Below are positions 37,534 to 50,284 of a stretch of DNA of 50,284 bases, in pieces. The translations under genes were made by a program, and so were the position numbers. Under the pieces are notes generated by a model. That model was not told the origin of the DNA, did no database searches, and worked only from the letters and a program-made list of their open reading frames with translations. Every line of letters begins with the position of its first letter. Position 1 is the stretch's first letter. The stretch is from Chromera velia (taxonomy: Eukaryota). The stretch lies in NCBI GenBank assembly GCA_018398765.1, contig JAHBMJ010000340.1, positions 1-50,284 of the forward strand. The letters run 5' to 3'.

Positions 37534-37955
37534 CGTTCGGCTTTTTAGACTCCAATCAGACAACATACATCCCTTCTGTTTTCAGGTCCACTCAGGGCTC
37601 TTTCAAGTTGAATTCAAATGCATGGACGAACGCATGAACCCGACTCAACTCGACTCATAAGAAATGAAGCAGGGAAGAAAAGAAAAGAGAAGAGGAGAGG
37701 AGGGGCCCGGAACGTCGCTGACCTCTCCTCAGCTGGCCAGCTGTTTCTTTTAATACTGTACTTTGCTTTCTCTTCTTTTTCTCAGCACCCCACTCACCCA
37801 TCCCTCCGCCGGTTTCTGGCCCTCCCTCTCTCTGATGCATGAAGAAAGACAGAGGGAAAAACACTACTGGGAAACATCAAGAAAAAAACCAGAGAAACAG
37901 GCAGTGGATGCGTCTGATCCTTTTTTCGGCAATTTTTCTTCTGCCGCTCTCAGCA

Positions 37956-38950
37956 TCACTGGCAACAACTCATACAGCAGAAGCAGCACGCAGTGCAGCA
38001 GAGGCTGAAGCACGATCCTCCATCGGCAGAACATCCATAACAACACGCACCACAGTCGCAGTCGCCTCCACAGTCCCCTCCTTCTTCGCTCTCTGCATCT
38101 TTCTCTTTCTTCTCCTTTCCCTTCTCATTCCTCTCCCTTTGCTTTTCTTCGTCTGCTTCATGTTCCTCGTCCATCTGCCCACTTACACGAGACAGACTGC
38201 CTCCTCTACTGCTCTGTCTCGTCACCGTCACTGGGGGCAGACTCTGACTCTCCCCCCCCTCCCTTCTCGCAAACGGATTCCAAAAACTTCTCTAAACCCG
38301 CCCCCCCGACTGTGACTGCAGGGAGGATGGCGATGACGATGCGGACGCTCCAGCAGTGGTTTTGCCCGTTCGACATGGAGAGGACGCGTGCATCGATTGT
38401 TGCGAGGGGGGTGTAGCCAGCGCTCCGCCCGCCGCCGCTGCTGCTGCTGCTGCTTGAGGGGATTGCGCTGTCGTCGGGTATGCTGCGTCTCGGTCCTTCA
38501 CTTTGGGGGTGACAGGGAGGCCGGGTGATCGGGGAGAGATGTATCCGTCCCCCTCGCTCTTGCAACCTGCATGCATGCACAATTTAATCGCAGCAGAGAG
38601 ACAGAAGAATTGAGGGCAGATGTTCACGTCGGAACAAAGATAAAAAGAAAGACAGAATGTGCACACCGATCCATCCGGAGGGGTTGAGCAGAGACATACA
38701 GATAGATATAGCGAGATATGCAGGCGAAAACAAAAACTAGAAAAGTCTGCCTGGCGTCTCCCTGTCACTCACAAAGACAGACACACAACGCCGCTTGGCA
38801 TCAACACTTTACGAAAAACAGGACTTAAAAGAAAAGAAAGAAAAAAAAACCTCAGATCAGAGAATCGAGAAACGAACTGCGACATAGAAAGAAGACAAGC
38901 TCACACGAAGAACGCGAAGAAGAGGAAGAGATAAAGAGAGCAAGAGAGAG

Positions 38951-38991
<41 letters not shown>

Positions 38992-39353
38992 AAGAAGGTG
39001 TCCAGGGGTCGATGGCATACAGACAGATGAGACAAAGGGAAAGAAGGAAATGGATCCATTTGCTTTTCTTCCTTCATTGCATGTGACTACCAGCATAGAT
39101 CTCCACACAAAGACACTGACATTAAGACAACACATTTTTTCACATATTCACGTGAAGATGTGTGTCTTCTGTGCATGTGCTCACCCGACTGGGAGTAGTG
39201 GAGCGCGGTCGGTAAGCTTGCGACTGTGGAGAGGTCTGAGGCTTCTCTTGAGGGTTCATTCTCTCTTTCCCTGTCTCCGTCTCTTCGTGAAGGGATCTGC
39301 AGGGAGGGTGGTGCTCTTCTGCTGTTCTCCTTGGGAGGTTCTTCCTTCGGCAT
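37956..39353 (-). CDS. Low-complexity protein with acidic stretch and C-terminal Cys-rich (CYSTM-like) tail; one in-frame TAG
   Basis: Exon 1 39353-39185 (ATG; donor GTGAGC, phase 1) joins exon 2 at 38566 (acceptor TGCATGCATGCAG) in frame. The frame runs to ...GDCGGDCDCGACCYGCSADGGSCFSLCCTACCFCCMSCCQ-TGA (37956), broken only by TAG at 38292-38294. Confidence 0.5.
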
Positions 39354-39700
39354 CGTCCGGAAACCCTATAAGAAAGAATTGAGTCCGTCCACACAAATAG
39401 CTGTCGACCAGTTGGCGTGCAATTTGAATACGGTGAATATTTGGGATGTAGGATATCTGGTGATGGAGGCGGTAGAAGATTGTACGTTGATTTTCGCGAT
39501 CGACCGGACTGTAACTTGGATTCGGAATTCTGGGCTCGAAGATGGTTCGAAGACACTTGCTTGTCTGATGCATTTGTGGAAAGTGAAGTGCTGATCAAGG
39601 AATACCAAACACCAGCAACCTCTTTCCCAAACTTTCCAATGACGTAGACGGCATGATCTCGAAGCTAGCTGCTTTTCGCGCTTAGCGAACGGAGCGAACG

Positions 39701-39782
39701 GCGCCACGCGCGACACGCACGCGCAGTCGCGCGCGGCGGGGGCGGCCGCGCATGCATGATCCATGATCGAAGCTATATATAC
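39701..39782. promoter_or_regulatory. Putative promoter block: CGCG-rich tract, GCATGCATG, CTATATAT
   Basis: GCGCCACGCGCGACACGCACGCGCAGTCGCGCGCGGCGGGGGCGGCCGCGCATGCATG...AGCTATATATA, ~350-430 bp upstream of the ATG at 39353. Confidence 0.4.
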
Positions 39783-40851
39783 GGGATACACCCAACCAGT
39801 TAGGTGAGTGCCTCGGGGGGCCATTTAGGGGGTCCGCTCATATTTGATTGGTACACACCATCGGGAGCTTAGGCATGTCTTGTGTGCTGCCATAGGGCGG
39901 GGGGCACGGCAACACGCGCGAAGTATATGCTTTTCGGGACCGCGCACATCGTATATGCATGTGTAACTCCGTGCGAGTTACACTTGAGGGGCACGCATAC
40001 GCAAAGTAAGTAAAGCATACGCGATCACGGCTCCGTGCAAGTTGCTTGAGGGGCATATTTTAGAACTCGGGCGACACCAACCATGATGGAGACAGAACCG
40101 ATTCCCCCCTCAAAAATGAAAAAATGCGTTATGCGAGTGCGTGCGATCTCAGGGCCTCTCGGCTGATCTCAGCAGAGCTGAGCTGCCCCCCGAGACGATA
40201 AGGTGTAAGCTTCTTGCGAAACGCACCTTATCCCTGCTGGAGGCTTTTTACCATGAATAGTCAGACATGCAGCACATGCATAGCTTATAATAGGTTGAGA
40301 GCCACTGCAAGCTAGAGGCTGCTAGACTGCAAGCCATTTGATTTTTCTGTTTTTTAACAAATTTTTGTGTACATATGAATATCGGACACACTGTATTAGG
40401 AGATAGAGTTTGCTTAGCTTTTTGCAATTTAATAAAAATATATATTAATAAAACTATATCGAATCTAGAAACAGTAATAAACAGTATAGGTATTTTTTGA
40501 ACAGACTGAGCTTCTAATATATTATTTTTCCTATTCATTCTATCGTTTTTATCTACTCCGGCTGCGAAGAAACCATTTGCCTACAGTAACTTCTAGCATA
40601 TGTATTAGTACCTCCCTGACACTCACTACTGCTTGACATATCAATCAATCATATGTACTTAGTTTAAGAATACGTACCAACACTTACATTGTATCAAACT
40701 GAATTTCTACTAATTTCTAGAAAATTGCATAAATTCTACAACAGATTCTAAAGAAAATTCCTAGAAAAATTCTTCTTTAAGTGAATTAATTCGAATCTCG
40801 AATTGAACTATAAGTCATTCACCCACATGCACAGATACAAACATGGACCCA

Positions 40852-42229
<1,378 letters not shown>

Positions 42230-42552
42230 TTTTAGCAACGCTTCCAAACTGTCTATCTTTTTTCTGTGTATACGCACACCTACAGTATGATGCACTTCAC
42301 AGGTTCATAGTTCAGCAAGTCGCCACTCTAAGGGCTTTTGTTGGCTCCGAACCCTGGCTGCGAATACATCTTATGTGTTTTCTTCCGATAGGTCCACCAC
42401 CTTGCCGTGCCCTGCTTGTTCCTGTCTGTTGGGGGTTCACACAAACATAAACAAACAAATATACATACATACATACATATACATACATACACACAGAGAG
42501 AGAGAGAGAGAAAGAGAGAGAGAGTGTCACATACATACAGTCACACACATAC

Positions 42553-42598
<46 letters not shown>

Positions 42599-44616
42599 GT
42601 AGATACATTCATACATATATATATATATATATATATATACATTTTGCATGCATACAATAATACACGGACAGGCAGGCAGACGCATGTATATGGTGCATCG
42701 CTGTTATAGTTCAACCTACAATGTTGTTCAGAAGAACGATGATGAACGGTGTGATTCTAGAGGGAACCAAAGCAGACACAGCCCACACTTCCCGCAAGCT
42801 TCCTCTCTATTCTCACATTTGTATTTTGTCCAAACTTCCCACACACTCCCAGAGAGATGGCTACATAACTGTTTATGGTACGCATATATCAGGAGTATTG
42901 AATTGACACATGCAGACGAACAGGCATGCGCATTTTCTGGCCATCAGACAAAAGTTTACTGATAGAGAAGGTCAGATGGAAACAGAGTTAGTCATGCTGA
43001 ATGAAAGAAAAAGAAAGAGAAACAGGCATAGAGTACAGGACAGAAGAAAAGCTGAATTTTCAGACGGTGACATCGTCAATCTGCATGTATGTTCAAAAAG
43101 AAAAGACGTTCAGACACACCTAGACGCCGGACTTTTAAGTTACGACGGTACCGATCTGTATCCGATACACTGACATGTCCAGTACAGTATCGAACACATC
43201 CAGAGAGACACATTCAAATGGACAGATGAACCGAAGCATCTTTTGGAAAGCAGATGCAGAAGAAATGCCGTTTTCAGATCTCAATGCATGCACATGTTAT
43301 CTGACCTTCGCATTCGTCCTCGGGTATAAGTGGAGAAAACGGTGAGGCGCACATAGACAGAAAGAGTAGAGCACGCAGGGTACAGTATTTGGAATGAAGA
43401 GGTGCCACTCTTATTTGTAGGAACTCCGGGATAGTTGTATGGAATCAGAAGCGAGGTTCTGAAAGTGACTTTCATTTCAATGCGTTTATCGCTGTTTTGG
43501 CCCTGGAAAGCCCGTTTGGATAGCACTTTCAGAAGCGGGCCACCTTCAATTCGCTTTTCTAGACTAGTCGCATGCATGCAATGCATAAATCTCCGCAGGG
43601 GAGTGCCTGCATGACCTCGGTAAATGCCGCCAACTCACTAACTTATACGATATTTTGATGCTCCTGCGGAGCATGCCGTGGCCCCGGTGAAAGGAGGAAA
43701 CCGGGGGTCGCGCATTATCGCGTATGAAGGCCTAAATACGACTAAAAATTAGTCTGAAATTCTCACTCATAGTTATAGCAAATCGATCTGCAAACTGTCT
43801 ACAATATATATTCTTTACCTGAGTTTATAAAACTAATTTGCCATATTTTTTCTAACATTTTTAAAAAGGAAAAAATGATGATCTAGAGAATGATTGACTC
43901 ATTTTTTAGTTAACGTGATCTCTCAATACACTAATAACTCGATTAGGTTCGATACGAAAACACAGTAAAGGTATATGTGAAAAAGCTTCAGACACGGAGG
44001 AGAGTCTGAGGACCGGGGAGGAGTGAGCCAACAGTATTTGACCTAGTCTTTGACAGTGTATTACAGTGTCTACATATATGTCTGCATCACTTACACAATA
44101 GTTACTCTTTCATCATCTTTCACCCTTTGTCCTAGCCTTTGTTTCTCGATCTTGCTGTTTGTCTGAGACACTGTCAGTTTCTCTACTTCAGTCTGGGTGC
44201 ATCGGCCTCGATCTCTTTCTCTTATGCAGAACCGTACATCCATCTGGCTCTTTCCCTTTCTCGCTCTCTATCTCTTAAACTGCGCTAGTTGGACTTCGTG
44301 TCTGAGCCAGGCAGCCAGGTAAAGCTAGAAGAGAACGGGGCGCCAAAGAGCTTAGAATGAACACTCATAGAGAGCCAATTGATTGAAGTTGCTTGTGTAA
44401 GAAGGTTCAAGACTGAGTTCGATTTTAGACTAGGTTCAGATTCTTCCAAGTCAGAAGTTCAGTTTAGAGTGAGAATTGAATCTAAAGTTCAGAGAGAATC
44501 CTTTTAAGTTCAGAGCCGCCTCCTTCAACGAGCTTGAAATCTCTATTTCTAAATCGCACTTCAATTTTGTTTTTTTGTTTCAATCTGATTTTTCGGATTT
44601 TTCTATTAAATATGTC

Positions 44617-44724
44617 CGTCCGATTTTCTGGACCCGTCTGATTTTCCGGACGCGTCCGATTTTCCGGACACGTCCGATTTTCCAGATGCGTCCGATTTTC
44701 CAGACGCGTCCAATTTTCCGGATA
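44617..44724. repeat. 6 x 18-bp quasi-palindromic tandem repeat
   Basis: Consensus CGTCCGATTTTCCGGACG (arms CGTCCG/CGGACG around ATTTTC), with units at 44617, 44635, 44653, 44671, 44689 and 44707. Confidence 0.95.
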
Positions 44725-46295
44725 TGTCTAACGCCTGATCCAGCGGCCTTGATCATCTTTCCAAGTGGTCTCAAGTTGTGATTTTGCCTGCAACACTTAC
44801 TGTATTTAGCATTTTCCTAGGTGTGCTCCAATTGAGCTTGAACTCATTTGGATCCCGTTCCTGCAATTCTATATTTATTTATTTCTTTATGATTATAATC
44901 AATGTATTTAATTCATTTCTTTTTCTTATCTCACTTCTTCTTTATTTCCAAAAACAATTATTCACTAAATCTTTCTAAATAAATCTATTTTCTTTAATTA
45001 TTTTTTTATCTTTCTTTTAGACTAAGTACTGTCTTTATTTTTACTAGCTAATCAATAATTTAATTCATCTATATTTACTAAACTAATTTAATAATTTCTT
45101 TACTTTTAAACTAAGACCATTAGCGATTTCCTCTGTATATTTCTAAGAGTCTAAAGTGCAACGGAACACGTCCCCCTTTCTTAAGACCGCAGTCCCTGGC
45201 GGTTTAAAATAAAAGCGCAATCAATAACCGGTCTGGTGATTCAAGAAACTTGACTAGGAAACTTGAACAACCCACTGGAATAAAGCACTTCACAATGATG
45301 AGAACATTGATCAACGCCAGCTGCATGCCAATCCATAGAGCAAAGCACTGTGACCATAAGGTGGGACAAGATTCATGCATACAACCAAACTACCAGGGCA
45401 AAATTGTGAAGCTGCAGCGCAATCCAAACATAACAAAGATGCACACCACTGAGCAGCCGCACCCAACAAGAGACCGGCACTGCAACAGAACACACAACCG
45501 ACAGAACACATGAAACGCAAAGCATACACAACGCTTCTTGAAACAAGGGAACACACATCCCCCTTTCTTAAGCCTCTTTTATAACGCCTTTAGCAGAAAT
45601 CAGGATCAACAACTTGCCTTTCCCTTTTTCTTTCTAACCAATCGTCGACGACCTTTCTTCAGGCCGAAAGGCCACTGGCAAGACAAGAATTGGAAGAACT
45701 AATGACCGGAAAATCTTATCAACACAGGAATGAGTAAGTCAACCATACTTTTTTACTTATTATCTTTCCTATCTCACTCCCTCCATACGTACAAACACCC
45801 CACAACAGAATGTAAGAAAAGCAGGAGAAGAGAAGACGAAGATGAAGAAGACAAGGAAGACTAGTGGACAAGCAAACATATTGTCAAGATTCAAAACGAG
45901 CCGATTCATCCTTCCGATCTCCCTCTCCGTTGACATGGCTTGACATGAGCAAACCCCTTTCCCTCCCTAGTCTAAGAGCAGGAAGAGAAGAACAGATTCA
46001 CCATTCAGTGGCATTCACTAGTGTATAACAGCGGCAGCATCTCATGCTTCCAAAAGAGCAACAGAAAAGAATATGTCAAAACACGAAAAGAAAGAACAAA
46101 ACTGTCCTTCAGGGCCCTTTCTCATCTGCAGCAACCTCCTTGTCATGAAGAAGACAACATGACGGAGCAAGAGAAAGATGGTGAAGGAGAACAGGCGGGG
46201 AAAAGGAATCTGAAAAAAAACCAAAACGATCAGAGAAATGATTAGTCGCTCAGACTTTTTCTCTGAGGTTGCAGTTTGTGTTGTTCTCGTAGATC

Positions 46296-48411
46296 TCACT
46301 CTTCAATACCAGTGTGGACGCTGGGCTTGAAAACGATCTTTTTGTTAGTCTTCTTAGCGATGTGGATCGAGGGCCTACTCGTAGCGGGAGGAGCAGATGC
46401 ACTCGAGGCCGTGCTCTCTCGAGTCCTCTGACAGAGTTGGCAAAAATATCGACCCTTATCCTCCAGCTCGTCGAGAGTCTCAAAGGGCAGTACTTTCCTG
46501 AGGACTCCCACCCCTAGAGCCGGGTGGAATTGGTCCACAGGACACTCGCAGAACCCCGAAAGAGCCTGCACGTACACCCCCCCCGGTGGTTCGAGACCTG
46601 CCAGCCCGGTTGGACTTGCCGAAGAGGGGTCCTCCACCCTGGTCCGAGAGGCAGCTCATCAAGAAACAGGCCCGTGCCTGGATCGATCTCCCTGTCAGAG
46701 TTGATAGTGGGGAAGTCGAAGGGCGGAGTCAGAGAGGGGTGAGGAGTTCCCGGTCTGCCAACGGGACTGCCTCCCTGAAGAGCTTGTTCGAGACCGTGTA
46801 CCTCCTGATCCTGTGCCTCTTGATCAAGGAGGGCCAAAGCTCCTCCGATGGTGTTCATATCTGACTCATTGATGCCTTGACGCCACAGACGTGCGCCTTC
46901 CTCCTCGTCCTTATCGTCAATATTCGTATTCTCATTCGTCTCGGTGGCGGTGATGGTGGCAGTCACGGCAACGATGCTCTCAGACTGCTGCGTAGTCTGC
47001 TTATAGTAGGGGCAGTCAGGGAATCTGCAGGGGCCGGAGCCACAGAAGTGCTGTGCTGGGTCGTACTCACGCCGACGCTTAGAAGGGCGGTCCTCGTTCA
47101 TCTTGTTCTTATCCTCCTCCTCTTCCTCCTCCTCATCGATGTCCATCTCAGAGGGCTCGGACACGGGGCTGAGGACAGGAGATGCGATCACGGGATGGAG
47201 CACTGCTACTGCTCCCACATCCCGCTCCGGTGTAGAACTTATCACAGCTGCTGCAGCAGCCGCCACAGGAGGAGTAGATGTGGAAGGAGGAAGCGGAGGA
47301 TGAACTTCATGTCCATCAGAATTGGAGTCGGAGGTGGAGGTTATCTCGGGGTTGATGGCAGTGCTGACAAATGGCCGATCCGCATATAGACGAGCAATTT
47401 CCGGCACCCCAGCTGGAAATGTCAGATATCCTGTCTGAGTATTCTCAGACGAATGGCCGATGGGAAGGGCGGGGGCGACGAAGTCCGCGTTCTTCCAAAG
47501 GAGCGGGGGCTTGCACGGGTCGGCGCATTCCTCTGCCACTTTGTACACCCAGCCGAGCACCCCTTTCTTAAGGATCTCGATGGGCCGGGCTGCCGTGGAT
47601 GGTTTGCCATCCTTCATGGGAGGGCCCTGATACAGGACTCCCGTGAAACCCTCGTCAGCGGCCTTGCTGTACGGGAGGTTATAAAAGACTATGCAGCCCA
47701 CCCCCTCGTTTGTACAGCGGCCTTGAAGTTCATAGTCGGTAATGATCCAGTTCGGCTCAATGCGGGGATCCAGAGCTTCCAGAGCCTGTGCGGCGTTGTT
47801 TGAGATACTACGGAAATCATACCCGTTATAGGGAGCCACCCCCAACTCGACATTGAGCATGAAAATGCTATCCTTAGCCCTTGCCGCCACAATGATGGTA
47901 TGGCAGAACTCGATACAACCGACGACATAGCTGGTGGCATGTTTGTTCGCACCGGCCTTGTTCGCCTCGCACTTCTGCTTATGCATCCTCTCCCGGAGGG
48001 CAATGAAGAAGTTGTGAGCGTGCTCGTTCAGCCATGCTACGTTGACCGTAGCCAGTGCTATCAGGAGGCCGACTGGGAGGGAGACCCTCCAGATATCGAA
48101 GAAGGTGAATGAATTCCACCCGACGCGGTGAACATTCATGATCTTTGAAACTGTCCAAGAGTTGAATGACTTCAACATGTCAAAGGCAGGCTTACCGTTT
48201 CGATCGAGGATGATTGCCTCTCTCTGTTCCCACTCATGGTTCTTGACCAATCCACGGAATTTTAAAGGGAGGAACTGATTGAGGTATCTCTCTGCCTCCC
48301 GGCCCAGATGTCGGCATCGGTCTGCCAGCGATAGTCCAAGCTGCGGCTGGGGCGGGTGGGCATTTCTTAAAAGAAGACGAAGAATGTGGAGGATGGCTTT
48401 GCAACACAATT
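46296..48411 (-). CDS. Large uninterrupted ORF/exon: candidate CE-clan (Ulp1/adenain-like) cysteine protease, low-complexity linker, frameshifted degenerate PHD finger; probably transposon-borne
   Basis: The 631-codon ORF 46514-48409 has no ATG at its start but is preceded by the acceptor TTCTTTTTAG (48412-48421). It contains CHTIIVAARAKDSIFMLN...LQGRCTNEGVGCIVF (His-Asn-Gln-Cys order). The overlapping frame 46296-46637 has CECPVDQFHPALGVGV...KGRYFCQLC, resembling the second half of ING-type PHD fingers. Domain calls are by eye only. Confidence 0.55.
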
Positions 48412-49150
48412 CTAAAAAGAACAGAAGAGGCCTTTCAAGCTGCTGAACTACGCCACTCTGAATCTAATGAGCTTTCAGTATGAGAGAACCACTTCCTATC
48501 AACAAACTGGGAGGTTGAGTTGGCTTGACCTTTCAGCGATCTGGCAGATTTTCTTGACATGCAGATCTGTTTTCTGCATGCTGTCTGGTTTTTCAGACCT
48601 TTTTGAGCGTCCTTTTCATCGGACAACACCTGTATGTCCGATGCATTGGACGGACCCCAGAAGCCATTTTCTGCATGTTTTTGCCGTGATACACCTTTCT
48701 GATTTTTTAGTGCCTTTTTCCTGAATACTCTAAGGCTGCGACGCGAACGTTGTGGTTGGATTTAATGTTTATGGGGGACGACTGGGGCCTTTCTATGTAT
48801 TTTCTGAACTGCCCTCACGCGTTGCTCGGCATGCAGGCTACTGCGATGTATTTGTGCATGCAGTTGACTTCAAAAGCTCATGCGGACTCTTTGTGGCAGC
48901 CTCTTGTTCTGTTCCATCTTCCACTTCTTTACTCAGTCAGATTTGGTTGTATGGACTGGGTTGCCCTTTGTTTCCGGTTGCCTTCTGTTTGGTTGTTTTC
49001 TTTCTCTGGAGCCTTATTTCTCGGCTGGTGCTTTTTGGAGCAACTTCCGTGGCTCGAGATCTTTGGCGTGGCTGGCTTCTCTGTCTGCAGGTTTATGCGT
49101 ATTCATGACCCTCCTCCCGCAGAGTGCAGGCAGCATTTTTGAAGTTTCTG

Positions 49151-49286
49151 GAGAAGAGGGTGTCCCCCTTTCTCAGCTGGCCCCGAGAAGAGGGTGTCCC
49201 CCTTTCTCAGCTGTCCTAGAGGAGAAGGTATTCCCTTCCTTCAGCTGTCTCAGAGGAGAAAGCGTCCCTTTCCCTCAGCTGGCCCC
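49151..49286. repeat. 4 x 34-bp tandem repeat
   Basis: GAG(A/G)AGA(G/A)GGTGTCCCCCTTTCTCAGCTG(G/T)CC.. at 49151, 49185, 49219 and 49253. Confidence 0.9.
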
Positions 49287-50284
49287 CCCAAATTTTGGCA
49301 AAGGGAAAATTTCTTGGATTTTTTCAGTTGTCCTAGGCATCAATGCGCCACCCCTTTGGACCCCTCGTGAGGAAACGCGATTTCCGGGGTTTTTGGTTTT
49401 CGCTCTGTACTTGTAGCTGGCAGCGTTCTTCAGCTTCTCGGTTCATGTTTCTGACCTCTGCTTCAAGTTGTCTCTGCAAGCATCTCATTTGTACATCTGG
49501 AGTTAGTATTCAGCCCCCCCCTATGCAATCTATGTTGGAGCAGCTCATTGGATGTCTGTTATGCAAACAGTGGTGGTTGATGAGCTGAGCACTGTGTGTT
49601 TTTGCTATGCTTGGCCCTCTCTTTGCGTGGTTGCAGGTGAGACAGCTGTGGCTTGAGATGGTGCTCGTGGTGTTCGAGTCCCTTCTCTCCAACTTTTAGC
49701 TATCAAGGTCAGTGGCTCTCTTGTTAGATCTGCCAGATATGTGGGATCAAACCGCTTCTGCCATCCTGGTCGGATTTGGCGGGGCGCATCTCCCTCTTTT
49801 TGCCAGTCCTATTGATTGTTCTGTCTACGGTGCCTCGCTTCAGACTCTCTGCACTTGAGTCTGGGATTTCTATTTGGATTGGCTAGCAAGTCAGGCTCGT
49901 TACCGCTTCTGCCGTCCTGATGAGTGGGACCCGAAGCCAGAGCGCCTTGCCTCTGACCACCCGAACACTCACCGCCCTGGTTTGTTCCACGTCCCTCTTC
50001 GCAGGGGGATTTTCGACCCTCTGCGGTACTGCTCCTCCCAAATGCTTGCCTGTTACTTCAATCATTTTATTTATTGAAAAATAGTTACACAGATGCATTC
50101 ATGAAGCTGAGATGCATTGATTTATCGTTTAATAATGTTTGTTCTTTATGCATTCATAGTTCGGGTTCTGATTTTTTTTCAGGCTGAGTATATTAATCTC
50201 TCATGAGGGGTGACTTATTGTCAGCTCCCTCTTATTTGAATTTCAATCTCTTTCGTCATTTTACACTTCTTGATGTGTCTCTCT

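Noticed and set aside
37930..37960. Selenocysteine reading of CAG-TGA-TGC-TGA after the Cys-rich tract
   Set aside because: No SECIS-like hairpin was recognised downstream by eye, and the first TGA is a natural end for a CYSTM-like tail. A SECISearch hit would reopen this.
42270..43590. Exon-like blocks and a 101-aa ORF on the minus strand
   Set aside because: The candidate exon frames contain stops, no domain is recognisable, and the blocks could not be spliced consistently.

Overview
Intron- and microsatellite-rich eukaryotic nuclear DNA from a draft assembly with N gaps. Abundant TGCATGCA motifs and a signal-peptide + Phe + transit-peptide presequence suggest a plastid-bearing alveolate, probably a chromerid (inference). 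Well-supported genes: (1) the 3' ~748 codons of a valyl-tRNA synthetase in 17 phase-consistent exons (+, 491-10974); (2) a 3-exon ~993-aa Pro-rich/coiled-coil protein (-, 14382-18034); (3) a 4-exon 624-aa RlmI-family rRNA methyltransferase, probably plastid-targeted (-, 30961-34649). Less certain: (4) a low-complexity gene ending in a Cys-rich CYSTM-like tail with one in-frame TAG (-, 37956-39353); (5) a chain of micro-exons (-, 35348-36083); (6) a long ORF resembling a CE-clan (Ulp1/adenain-like) protease followed by a frameshifted degenerate PHD finger (-, 46296-48411), flanked by short tandem arrays. Intergenic DNA holds decayed mobile elements, including a Penelope-like RT tail without a downstream endonuclease and a TIR-bounded insertion, plus several structured tandem repeats. 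The most notable signals are GTNNGT donors (mostly C at +3) that begin tetranucleotide microsatellites, TGCAG acceptors lacking polypyrimidine tracts, and CpG-focused decay of repeats. Most ORF-track entries are microsatellite artefacts. No rRNA, tRNA or CRISPR array is supported.
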